DNA from: Chiloscyllium plagiosum | Lineage: Eukaryota | Length of the DNA stretch: 47,953 nucleotides | Direction of reading: 5' to 3' | Assembly: GCF_004010195.1 (NCBI RefSeq) | Contig: NC_057760.1 | Coordinates: 3,997,867 to 4,045,819, forward strand | Shown: positions 25,696-36,175 of the stretch, piece by piece | How positions within the stretch are numbered: position 1 is the first letter of the stretch | Layout: each line of letters begins with the position of its first letter | Position numbers and translations under genes: made by a program | Notes under the pieces: model-generated | Databases searched by the model: none | The model's input: the letters and a program-made list of their open reading frames with translations, nothing else | Told to the model about the DNA's origin: nothing

Positions 25696-26225
25696 TGCTT
25701 CCAATTAAACCTGTTGGACTATAACCTGGTGTTGTGTGATTTTTAACTAGAGAAATTGAGGTTTTGATTAAGAAGAAGAAGGAAGCATATGTCAGGTACA
25801 GACAACAGAGACTGAGTGAATACCTAGAAGAGTATAAAGGCATTCGGAGTATTCTTAAGAGGGAAATCAGAAGGGCAAAAAGGGGACATGAGGTAGCTTT
25901 CACAATTAGGGTTAAGGAATTCTACAAATCCATTAAAGACAAAAGAGAAACTGGGGAGAGATTAGGGTCCCTTAAAGATAAGCAAAACTGCCTGTGTTTG
26001 GAACCACACAAGAGAGGTTACTAAACGAGTTTTTATACAGAGGAGAGGATATGGCAGATATAGAAAGTGGGGAAATAAATAGCTACACCTTGAAAAATGT
26101 CCATATAAATTGATTAATAAAGCATAAACGTGGATAATTCCCCCAGACTTGATCAGGTGTACCCTAGAACTCTGTGGGAAGTTAGGGAACTGATTGCTAG
26201 GCCCCTTGCTGAGATATTTGTATTG

Positions 26226-26655
26226 ATTGTTGTGGTTCTGTTCGCCGAGCTGGAAATTTTTGTTGCAAACGTTTCGCCCCCTGTCTAGGTGACATCCTCA
26301 GTCCTTGGGAGCCTCCTGTGAAGCGCTTCTGTGGTGTTTCCTCCGGCATTTATAGTGGCCTGTCCCTGCCGCTTCCGGTTGTCAGTTTCAGCTGTCCGCT
26401 GTAGTGGCCGGTATATTGGGCCCAGGTCGATGTGTTTGTTGATGGAGATTGTGGATGGCACTCTATAAATGCCGGAGGAAACGCTGGGTATCGGGTCCTT
26501 CGTTCTGGTGAGTTGTTGTGTGAGGGTGGCTGTTGGTTTGTGTGCTGCTATAAGTCCTAGTGGTCACAGTAATCTGGCTGTCAGTTCTGAAATGCTCCTG
26601 ATGTATGGTAGTGTGGCTAGTCCTTTGGGTTGACAACGGAACGAGGACATGCCGC
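26226..26655 (-). mobile_element. Penelope-like element (family 3): pLTR, short inverted piece and ORF fragment
   Basis: pLTR matches 41004-41220. Minus translation [45 protein letters not shown] resembles the PLE RT/GIY-YIG linker. Hammerhead-like motif at 26265-26304. Confidence 0.8.
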
Positions 26656-27254
26656 AACCTCTATAAGGTCACCCCTCAGCATCCGACGCTCCAGAGAAAA
26701 CAGCCCCAGCCTGTTCAGCCTCTCCCTATAGCTCAAATCCTCCAACCCTGGCAACATCCTTGTAAAAACACCAACCTAGAGGGCATAGGTGATAGGGAAA
26801 GATTTAAAAGAGACTTAAGGGGCAACATTTTTCATGTAGAGATTGGTGTGTGTATGGAATGGGCTACCTGTGGAAGTAGTTGAAGTTGATACAATTACAA
26901 TTGTACACCCACCCACCCCACCCCCAGTTGGGGGGGTGGGGGAGAGATGTGTTGGGGGGAGGAGGAGGAATGGGACAACAATATGAATAGGAAAGATATA
27001 GAGGGATATGAGCCAAATGCTGGCCAATGGTTCTCGATTTATTTAGGATATCTGGTCAGCTAAGATCCATGAAGTCACAGAATCACACAGTATAGAAAGA
27101 GGCCCTTCAGCGAAACCCACCCATGTTGTCCATTCCTAATATGAATTTGTCCGATTTGCCTGCACTTGACCCATAAACCTTTCCTCTCCACATACCCGGG
27201 ATACGTGTTACAAATTCTACACCAACCTCACTCAAATGGAATCCCCATGAACTC

Positions 27255-27490
27255 ACCACCACTGGACCAAAAACCCAACCGATCTTCCCAAGGCCCTGCC
27301 TTGACTGCAGTGGACCTAATACCCATTCCACCTTCCCATGGCCGGTCCTTGCACAGACATAACACCTAGCCCCACGATCTGAACAGCTACCCCACCTTCC
27401 CATGGCCCTGCCATGACTTGACTGCACTGGACCAAAAAATCTGGCCCACCTTAAAAGACCAAGTTTTACACCTGATCCTTCCCCATGGCA
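27255..27490. repeat. Degenerate C-rich repeat, unit ~48 nt
   Basis: A(C/G)TGGACC at 27261, 27309 and 27426, with recurring CCTTCCCATGGCC and TTGACTGCA. Confidence 0.55.
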
Positions 27491-28514
27491 CAACCTAAGT
27501 GCTCACCCATTTAGCTGCTAACCTGTTGGCCATCTTATAGTTTGCTCTTCTCCAGAAGCTTTTCAAACAGCCAAGAAACCATTACGTCTCAGAATATACA
27601 ATTAACTTCTCAAAGGGTGTTAGGCAGCGAGGCATGGTTTCCTGGGTTCTTTCATGCTGCTGTATCACTAATATACTCCAATCCAGGCAACATCTTGGTG
27701 AATCTCTTTAACACTCTCTCCAAAGCGTCCATATGCTTCCTATGGTGTGACGATGAAAACTACACAAAATATTCCAAATATAGCGTAACTAAAGTTCTGT
27801 ACAGCTGCCACATGACAAAGTCATAGAGCCATACAGCACGGAAATAAACCCTTCAGTCCACTTTGACCATGCCGACCAGATTTCTCAAACTAAACTAGCC
27901 CCATTTGCCTGCATTTGGCCAATGACCCACTACAGCATGCCATACTCCTCCTTTAACACCTTGCATTGCCCCTTTCAGAGAACTATGGACTTATGCCCCA
28001 AAATCACTCCATATATCAATGCTCCCAAGAGCCCTGCCATTTACTATATACTCTCCTCATACATTTGACCTCCCAAAATGCATCACCTCACGCTTGTCCA
28101 GATTAAACTCCAGCTGCCATTTGAAAAATGCCATTAAAAAAAATCTCCTTTGAAAACCTTGCCTACCTTTCACAACTCCAACAATTTTCATATCATCTGC
28201 AAACTTATAAATCAGACCGATATTTTTATCCAAACCATTTACAAATATTACAAGTTCTGATCCTTATGGAACATCACTGGTCACAAAGACACCTCCACAA
28301 CTATCCTTTGTCTTCTATGACCGAGCCAACTTTTGAATCCAAATTACCAATTCACTGTGGATCACATATGACTATCTTCTGGACCAACTTATCATGACAG
28401 ACCTTATCAAATGCTTTAGTAAAGTCAGTGTAGACAATATCCACTGCCCTACCTCAATCATCCTTGTCATTTCCTCAAAAAGCTCAAACAAATGAGAGAC
28501 AAGGCCTCCCCCAC

Positions 28515-28550
28515 ATTCCTGAAGAAGGGCTTATGCCCGAAACGTCGATT
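28515..28550 (+). ncRNA. Minimal type-I hammerhead ribozyme (family 1)
   Basis: AUUC-CUGAAGA-A-GGGC-UUAU-GCCC-GAAA-CG-UC^-GAUU; palindromic ACGU at helix III. Confidence 0.8.
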
Positions 28551-28642
28551 CTCCTGTTCCCTGGATGCTGCCTGACCTGCTGTGCTTTTCCAGCAACACA
28601 TTTTCAGCTCTGATCTCCAGCATCTGCAGACCTCACTTTCTT
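28515..28642 (+). mobile_element. Penelope-like 3' end (family 1) starting at the ribozyme
   Basis: TSD CTCCCCCACAT at 28506-28516 and 28643-28653. Confidence 0.85.
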
Positions 28643-28679
28643 CTCCCCCACATAAAGCCATGCCAACTATCTCTGATAA

Positions 28680-28732
28680 TGGATTAGTGGTGCTGGAAGA
28701 GCACAGCAGTTCAGGCCACTTTTACCTCGTTG
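28680..28732. mobile_element. 53-bp Penelope-like micro-insertion
   Basis: TSD ACTATCTCTGATAA at 28666-28679 and 28733-28746. Consists of an inverted pLTR piece plus the terminal CACTTTTACC. Confidence 0.75.
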
Positions 28733-30226
28733 ACTATCTCTGATAAGTCCAGTCCTTTCCAAACGTGAGTAAATCCTGTCCCTAAGATTTTTCTCTGATA
28801 ACTTGCCAACCACTGATATAAGGCTCACTGGCCTACAATCTCCTGTATTATGTTAAGAATAGCTCTTCTGATAAAAATAAACAATGGCTATTCTACAGTC
28901 TTTTGGGACTTTAACCTTAGCTAAATAAGAAACAAAAATCTGTCAAAATGCCAATAAATTCTTTGCTTGCCTCCCTCAGGATCCTGGGATAGGTCCCATC
29001 AGTACTTAGGGTCTTCTTTACCTTAATGCTTTTCAAAACATCCAATACCACCACCTCTTTCATAGCAACATGCCCTTCCCAAATTTCATCACCATCTATG
29101 TCCTTCTTGGATAAGACCAATGTGAAGTACAGATAATTCTTCCATTGTTGTACAATCCAGCATTATAGAAAAATCAATCTTTAGAAACAGTATCCTCAAT
29201 TCGTCAATTGCATTCCAGCGAATTCATATTAACGAAACGTGTGTTAAAGCAGAATGACTTGTATTCATTAAGGATCTCACCCACTTCCTCTGGCTCCACT
29301 GCTAAGTTCCTTTGTCTTTGAGAGTTACCTTTTTGCTCCTAATAAAAAGATATAAATGCCTTGGGATTCTCCTTAATCCTACTTGACATGGCTGCTTTTA
29401 GCCTTCCTAATTCCTACTTTTACGTTCTTTCCTGCTTCCTGTATATTCATGAGGGGACTTGCCTGATTTCCTTTTTCTGAACCTTAACATTTGCTCCATT
29501 TTATTTGATTAAACTTTCAATGTCTCTGGTCATTCAGAGTTCCCAAATCTTGCTATCCTCATTACCTTTCTCCTGACAGGAACATGTTTTTAAAAGGTTC
29601 CCACGTGTCAAATGTGAATTAACTCTCCAACACCCCCTCCAATTAAGCCTTGGCATGAACGGAGTCCAAGTCAACATTGGAGAAGTGAAAATCTACCACA
29701 ATAACCCTGTTGTTTTTACATTTTTCATGATCTGCCCACGTGTTCCTCAATCTCCCATTGGCTATTCGGATGTCACCTATAGTGTCGCCCAACAGTAGTG
29801 ATTGCATCTTTCTGATTCCTGAGTTCTACACGAATGGACTCATTAGATGTGCCCTCCAAAGCGTCCTCTTAACAGCAGCTGTGACATTCTCCTTAATCAG
29901 TAATACAACTTCCCCACTCCTTTTACATCACCATTTAAGACAAGTAAAAAATCCACTTTGCAGTTATCAGCATTATTAAATGTGTTAGGTATCTCAAGTT
30001 TTATTATACACAACTGATAAGAGCTAATAAGAAGGCAAATCAAAACAATCAGGCCTTGGTGTATAGAAATCAAGGATTAGCAGGTAAAATAACAATGAAC
30101 TTTAAAGAAGATGCTTCAGTTACAGTAAAAATATATTCCCATAGGATAGGGTAAAGATATCTAAATTTAAAGTTTGAGTGTAAAAGGGAGCAACAGGTGG
30201 GGAGGGAGGATGGGGGGCAGCGAGGA

Positions 30227-30726
30227 NNNNNNNNNNNNNNNNNNNNNNNNNNNNNNNNNNNNNNNNNNNNNNNNNNNNNNNNNNNNNNNNNNNNNNNNNN
30301 NNNNNNNNNNNNNNNNNNNNNNNNNNNNNNNNNNNNNNNNNNNNNNNNNNNNNNNNNNNNNNNNNNNNNNNNNNNNNNNNNNNNNNNNNNNNNNNNNNNN
30401 NNNNNNNNNNNNNNNNNNNNNNNNNNNNNNNNNNNNNNNNNNNNNNNNNNNNNNNNNNNNNNNNNNNNNNNNNNNNNNNNNNNNNNNNNNNNNNNNNNNN
30501 NNNNNNNNNNNNNNNNNNNNNNNNNNNNNNNNNNNNNNNNNNNNNNNNNNNNNNNNNNNNNNNNNNNNNNNNNNNNNNNNNNNNNNNNNNNNNNNNNNNN
30601 NNNNNNNNNNNNNNNNNNNNNNNNNNNNNNNNNNNNNNNNNNNNNNNNNNNNNNNNNNNNNNNNNNNNNNNNNNNNNNNNNNNNNNNNNNNNNNNNNNNN
30701 NNNNNNNNNNNNNNNNNNNNNNNNNN
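30227..30726. other. Assembly gap (500 N) between G-rich flanks
   Basis: Run of N. Confidence 1.
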
Positions 30727-30859
30727 TTTGGGGGGAAAGATGACGGAAAGTGGAGGGATAGTGAGGGGTGAGGAGTTTGCAAAGAGGCGGGAGGAATAAG
30801 GAGATTGGTGGGGAGGGTTAACCGAGGGCAAGGGGAATAGTAGGAGTGGGGATTCCAGC

Positions 30860-31145
30860 CCGCGAGCGGACATTAATAAATCTTTCACTCACCAACCGCC
30901 GCCTCGCGCCTCACAACAACAACCACCCCGCGCCTGCGCACCGCCCACCAATCAGCGCCTCCTACTTCCATCCAATCACAATTCCGTTGTCCCGCTAAAT
31001 CATCCAATAAGGAAGGACCTGCGGCAGCATCAGCGCGTCGCCCTTGACGTCACGAGAAGGGGCAAGGCTTTGGGTACCACCACAGAAGTGGGCAGAGTCT
31101 CTGCGCCGGCGTCCAATCAGAAGGCGTGGCCCCGTGAGCGTCAAC
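30860..31145 (-). promoter_or_regulatory. CpG-rich TATA-less promoter
   Basis: The only CpG-dense unique segment in the window. NRF1-like GCGCCTGCGCA 30930-30940, GC box 30941-30946, CCAAT at 30948, 30972, 31004 and 31113, full CRE TGACGTCA 31045-31052. Confidence 0.85.
30893..30930 (-). other. Probable non-coding first exon of the SMAD4-family gene (TSS approximate)
   Basis: Donor GCGGTTG|GTGAGT (30892-30887) lies immediately downstream of the promoter motifs. The coding exon at 10957 has an acceptor and so needs an upstream exon. Confidence 0.65.
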
Positions 31146-31289
31146 TGGCTAGAGGATTGCGAATGCTGGAAAATCTCAGCAGGTCTGGGAACAGAGAGCT
31201 CCCTCAGCTCAGGGTTACAAACCTGCAAACCCTTCGAAAATATGAATTACTTTACACCAATCTAGGTTTATTCAACATATCGCATCAGT

Positions 31290-31575
31290 TGTATGACGTT
31301 ATGATCTTCTGCTCTAAATTGTGTGTCCTGTGATCCTGCTCCACTCTGGCTACCTGACAAAGGAGCTTGTATTTCGAAATAAACCTATTGGATTATAACC
31401 TGGTGATGGCCCTCATTCCTGAAGAAGGACCTGTGCCCGAAACGTCGAATCTCCTGTTCCCTGGATGCTGCCTGACCTGCTGTGCTGTTCCAGCAATAAA
31501 GTTTCAACTATAACCTGGTGATGGTGATTTCTAAACTTTATCCATCCCAGACCAACACTGGCACCTCCACACCAA
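31290..31575 (+). mobile_element. Old Penelope-like end (family 2-related) with a nested family-1 insertion at 31410-31508
   Basis: 16-bp TSD TATAACCTGGTGATGG at 31394-31409 and 31509-31524. The host resembles 11312-11517. Confidence 0.8.
31415..31450 (+). ncRNA. Minimal type-I hammerhead ribozyme (family 1 variant)
   Basis: AUUC-CUGAAGA-AGGACCUGUGCCC-GAAA-CG-UC^-GAAU; perfect stem I AUUC/GAAU, one stem II mismatch. Confidence 0.75.
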
Positions 31576-33045
31576 AGCATTCCTGATGTCCTCCTATTTC
31601 AAACATCATTTTCTTCCCCCCCTCTCCATCCATATAGCCCTCCACGACACCTCCTCCATCCCACTGCTCTAAACTATTATATGGAGGGGGGTAAAGACTG
31701 GATTACTCTGGTCTTCACTTTCCACCGCATCAGCCTCCACCTCATCCTCAAACATTTCCACCAACTCCAACTAGGTACTACCAGCAAGGACATCTTCCTC
31801 TTCTCACCCCTCTCTGCATTCCACAAGGAATGTTCCTTTTGCCACTCCTTAGTTCATGCCACACTCCTCACCAATTCTCCCTTCAGTCACTTCCCTTGTA
31901 ACCAAAACAGATGCAACATGTGCCTATACATCACCTCCCTCATCTCCATGCAGAACCCCAAACAGTCCTTCCAGGTGAGACAGAGGTTCACTTGTATCAC
32001 TTCCAACCTCGTAAAAAGTGAGGACTCAACTCTGATCTCCAGCAACTGCAGAGTGTGGTGCTGGAAAAACACAGCTTTTCCTGATGAAGGACTCTTGCTT
32101 GAAACATGGATTCTTCTGCTCCTCGGCTACTGTCTGACCTGCTGTGCTTTTCCAGCACTATCTTGACTTCCCTCCAACCTAGTCTTCTCTATAATCGGTG
32201 AGACCCAAACATATATGACCATTTTACTGACCATCTTTGCTAGGCCCAAATCGATCAGTCCGACCTCCCAGTCACTTTCCATTTCAATTTCCCCTCTCTG
32301 CAACATGTCTATCCTTAGCCTCCTCCATAGTCACAGTGAATCAGACTGCAAATTGGAGGAATATCACAACTTTCACATAGGCAGCCAACAGTCCAAAGGA
32401 CTTAACATCGAGGTTGCAAATTTCAAATTACCTTTCCACCCATTCCTTGGCTCTTTCCAGTACCACCCCCTAGCAACCCTTCCTTCCATCTACCAAGCCA
32501 ATTAATTCTTCTCATCGACTAATCAGGTTGTACTTACCACCGGTGTTCACCTATCACGAACTCACAATTGGTTAGCACTGCTGCCTCACAGCGCCAGAGA
32601 CCCGGGTTCAATTCCCGACTCAGGCGACTGACTGTGTGGAGTTTGCACATTCTCCCTGTGTCTGCGTGGGTTTCCTCCGGGTGCTCCAGTTTCCTCCCAC
32701 AGTCCAAAGATGTGCGGGTCAGGTGAATTGGCCATGCTAAATTGCCCATAGTGTTAGGTTAAAGGGGTAAATGTAGGGGTATGGGTGGGTTGCGCTTCGG
32801 CGGGTCGGTGTGGACTTGTTGGGCCGAAGGGCCTGTTTCCACACTGTAAGTAATCTAATCTAATCTAATTCTGTTATTCTCCCCTCCCCACCCTAGCCCT
32901 TTATCTATAGCTGCCTCTACCCCGGCACCTAGTTCTGAAGGGTTAGATCCAAAATGTTGACTTGATCACCTCCTGCTGTTGTCTGGCTTGCTGTGTTCTT
33001 CCAGCCTCCTGTTTATTTACTTTGGATTCAAGCATCTGCACTCCC
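31576..33045 (+). mobile_element. Decayed Penelope-like (Neptune-type) ORF C-terminus and pLTR with nested insertions
   Basis: FPCNQNRCNMC..FQVRQRFTCITSNLV (Cys motif preceding GIY-YIG), LEEY..SQQSKGLNIE. PLE micro-insertion at ~32011-32170. Confidence 0.7.
32569..32868 (+). mobile_element. tRNA-derived SINE (HE1/V-SINE type), slightly 5'-truncated
   Basis: Reverse complement of 21335-21634; (TAATC)n tail. Confidence 0.9.
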
Positions 33046-33229
33046 CCCTGACATTCCCTGAATAAATTGCAGCAACAGGGATAGCAAGCTGATGATACAG
33101 TTGGTATCTTGTGAATGTTGATTCAATATCAGAGTACAAATTAGCCTTGAAACAATAAATAAAGTTGATGACGGCAGAGCAATGGACAAATGTCCAATGT
33201 AGACTTCTGCAAGGCATTGGACAAGATTC

Positions 33230-33666
33230 AGTGAGGACTGCAGATGCTGGAGATCAGAGCTGAAAAATGTGTCAACACGACGCCTGGAGGAAGAGCACCT
33301 CATCTTCGCCTAGGAACCCTCCAACCACAAAGGATGAATGCAGATTTCTCCAGATTCCTCATTTCCCCTCCCCCCACCTTATCTCAGTCCCAACCCTCTG
33401 ACTCCGCACCGTCTTCTTGACCTGCAATCTTCCTCCCGACCTCCCCGCCCCCACCGCCTCTCCGGCCTATCACTCTCACCTTAACCTCCTTCCACCTATC
33501 GCATTCCCAACGCCACTCCCCACAAGTCCCTCCTCCCTACCTTTCATCTTAGCCTGTTTGGCACACTTTCCTCATTCCTGAAGGGCTTATGCCCAAAACT
33601 TCAATTCACCTGCTCCTTGGATGCTGCCTGACATGCTGCGCTTTTCCAGAGACACATGTTTCAGCT
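33230..33666 (+). mobile_element. Penelope-like 3' region (family 1) with GIY-YIG C-terminus
   Basis: RRLEEEHLIF..LGTLQPQRMNADFS at 33277-33352 establishes that the hammerhead is on the element's sense strand. Degenerate HHR at ~33574-33606; inverted piece at 33230-33272. Confidence 0.8.
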
Positions 33667-34213
33667 CGTAGTAGACTGTTTAGCAAGATTACATCACAGA
33701 ATCCAGGGAGAGCAGAGGGTGTTTTTCAAACTGGAAGCCAGGGATGATTTGTGTGCCGCAAAGATTGATGCTAGAGCCACTGCTTTTTGACATTTATTGA
33801 AATGATGTGAATGTAAATAAGACATTCTCACAACTGTTAAGGTTGCAGATGACACCAAAATTGGTGTGGTGGACAATGATGATTATCTCAGAGTACAATA
33901 GGACGTTGATCAGATAGTATGAGACAAGGAGGAGTAGGTGGAGTTTTACTTAGATACATTTGAGCTCTTGTATTTTGGTAAGGAACAGTAGGGCAGAACT
34001 TAGTTAAGGGTAGTGCCCTGGAAAGAGTTGTCAGAAACCTCGAGGCGCAGGTACATAGTTCCTCGGAAGTGGTGTGACCGATAAACAGGGACGTGAAGGT
34101 GGCATTTGGCACGCTTGCCACTGTTGGTCAGATCATGGAGTGAGGTGGTCATTTTGCAGCTATATAGAACATTAGTGAGGCCACTTTTAGAATTCTGCCT
34201 TCAAGTCTGGTCT

Positions 34214-34443
34214 TAAAAACGTGTTGCTAGAAAAGCACTGCAGGTCAGGCAGCATTGAAGGAGCAGGAGAATGGACCTTTCAGGCAGAAGCCCTTCTTCA
34301 GGAAACGGATTCCTGAAGAAGGGCTTATGCCCGAACGTCGATTCTCCTGCTCCTTCGATGCTGCCTGACCTGCTGCGCTTTTCCAGCAACACATTTTTAA
34401 ACTCTGATCTCCAGCATCTGCTGTCCTCACTTTCTCCTAGTTA
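34214..34443 (+). mobile_element. Penelope-like palindromic insertion (family 1)
   Basis: Inverted arms 34214-34304 and 34310-34400. TSD AAGTCTGGTCT at 34203-34213 and 34444-34454. Both hammerheads are mutated. Confidence 0.88.
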
Positions 34444-35964
34444 AAGTCTGGTCTCCCTGCTATAGGAAAAATGTTGTTAAACTTTAAAGAGTGCAGAAAA
34501 AGATTTACTAGGATGTTGCTGGGGTTGATAGTTTTGAGCTTTCAGGAGAGGCTGAATAAGCTAGGGCTATTTTTCCTAGAGCATCAGAGGTTGACATATG
34601 ACCTTAGAAATTTATAAAAATCATAAGGGATGAACAGCCAAGGTCTTTTGCCCAGGATAAAGAAATCTAAAATCAGAGGGTAAGGTTTTGAGGAAAAATA
34701 TTTAAACTGGACCTCAAAGGCAATGTTTTCACGCAGAAGATAGTGAGTGCATGGAATGAGCTGCCAGAAGACGTGGTGGACACTGGTAGAATTACAACAT
34801 TTAAAAGGCATCTGGTTAGGTGTATGAGTAGGAAGAGTTTCAAGGGATAGGGCCAAATGCTGGCAAATGGGACTAATTAATTTAGGACATTTGGTCAGCA
34901 TGGACAAGTTGGACCAAAGGATCTGTTTCCATGCTATATATGACTAATAGATATGTTCATTGAGAACTGGTTCATGTCACAACTACACTCAATGTCTGCT
35001 AGTACAAATTTAATAATTTCTTACCCTTAATGTTGTCACATTTATTTGTAAAGGACTTACAAGCCCGTTCCAAAGGATTGAGAATTATAGTTTTTCCACA
35101 GTGAGACGTAAAAAATATTCTAATTACAATTAACCATTGAATAAAGGCTCAGTTCACAAGATACGTACAGGCAAAACTGCTGGTTGAGCACCCCACAATT
35201 CAAGTATATGCAATTGCAGATTCTCTACTGACTTTTTTGCGATTGTTAACTAAAGTTTAAAGTTGTCTGCCACTTCCAGGATCAACCAGATGAATCAGAG
35301 AATCGAGAACTGGAAATCTAAACTAAGTTATAGATTGTTATATACTGGAAACCCAAAGATAGATAGATGCTAGAATTGCTGAGAAGACTATATCACATAT
35401 CACCGGGCAAATCACAATGATCTTTTACCAAAATCAAGATGTAATTCAACAGGAACTTGGACGATGCCTTTCAGCTGGATAAAATGCTGAGTTTGTGGGA
35501 ACAAACTGGACAGAACAAATTGAAGCTGCAAGAGCCTTCTCTGCGACTATTTCCTCTGATTCAGCCGCATATTTGCGACAAGTTGAATCTTATTAACAAA
35601 TCACAGAATAAATATAGACTGCAGTTCAATTTCCACAATTTGCTAAAGACATGTTCCTGGACAACATTGCAGTTGGTGATCTCTGCAAATGGAAAAATGG
35701 CCAACTATGCAAGTACAATTTCACTACATACACATCGCCTGCACTTTTACTCACAAATAACAGCAAACTCTGAATTTGTAGAGGGAGGGTGCAAAGATAC
35801 ACACAGTTTGCACAACTGTGAAGACTCCAATAGCTTTCACTGCCTGCTTTTTGTCAAGTTGATGCATTTCAATTGGGAACAGAGAGAGAGAATGGAGGGA
35901 TAAAGAGCTGGAAATGTGTTGCTGGAAAAGCGCAGCAGGTCAGTCAGCATCCAGGGAACAGGAG

Positions 35965-36000
35965 AATCGACGTTTCGGGCATAAGCCCTTCTTCAGGAAT
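35965..36000 (-). ncRNA. Minimal type-I hammerhead ribozyme (family 1)
   Basis: AUUC-CUGAAGA-AGGGCUUAUGCCC-GAAA-CG-UC^-GAUU. Confidence 0.8.
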
Positions 36001-36139
36001 GGGGAAAGTTTGTCCAGCAGGCTAAGATAAAAGGTAGGGAGGAGGGACTTGGGAGAGGGGCGTCGGAAATGTGATAGGTGGAAAGACCCAAGTCCCTCCT
36101 CCCTACCTTTTATCTTAGCCTGCGGGACAAACTTTCCCC

Positions 36140-36175
36140 ATTCCTGAAGAAGGGCTCATGCCCGAAACGTCGATT
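36140..36175 (+). ncRNA. Minimal type-I hammerhead ribozyme (family 1)
   Basis: AUUC-CUGAAGA-AGGGCUCAUGCCC-GAAA-CG-UC^-GAUU. Confidence 0.8.

Larger units (their letters stand above)
25531..25748 (-). mobile_element. Penelope-like palindromic insertion (family 2): 89-bp inverted arms with a 3-nt spacer
   Basis: Arms 25568-25656 and 25660-25748 (1 mismatch). 37-nt unpaired tail 25531-25567. TSD ACTAGAGAAATTGA at 25517-25530 and 25746-25759. Confidence 0.9.
25400..26223 (+). mobile_element. CR1 ORF2 internal fragment, interrupted by a Penelope palindrome
   Basis: KKKKEAYVRYR..EEYKG..LKREIRRAKRGHE, homologous to 3800-4390. Confidence 0.85.
27640..29940 (-). mobile_element. Old degenerate CR1 ORF2 (endonuclease to RT)
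   Basis: Collinear, decayed homology to the younger CR1 copies (e.g. VLDVLKSIKV..YPRILREA at 28917-29120). Confidence 0.7.
33130..34945 (+). mobile_element. Old CR1 RT/3' fragment split by two Penelope-like insertions
   Basis: GTTGCAGATGACACCAAAATTGG (ADDTKIG), LVRPLLE, ORF2 C-terminus and 3'UTR. Confidence 0.75.

Noticed and set aside
25531..25748. MITE or DNA transposon, or CRISPR-like repeats, as an explanation for the palindromes
   Set aside because: Arms are asymmetric with a tail, TSD lengths vary, and related repeats join GIY-YIG ORF remnants. There is no repeat-spacer array, and the DNA is eukaryotic.
30070..30888. Long ORFs spanning N runs (also 11858-12470 and 7758-8254)
   Set aside because: Artefacts of assembly gaps.
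35457..35903. 148-aa plus-strand ORF
   Set aside because: Non-ATG start and no recognisable homology; likely chance in AT-rich unique DNA.
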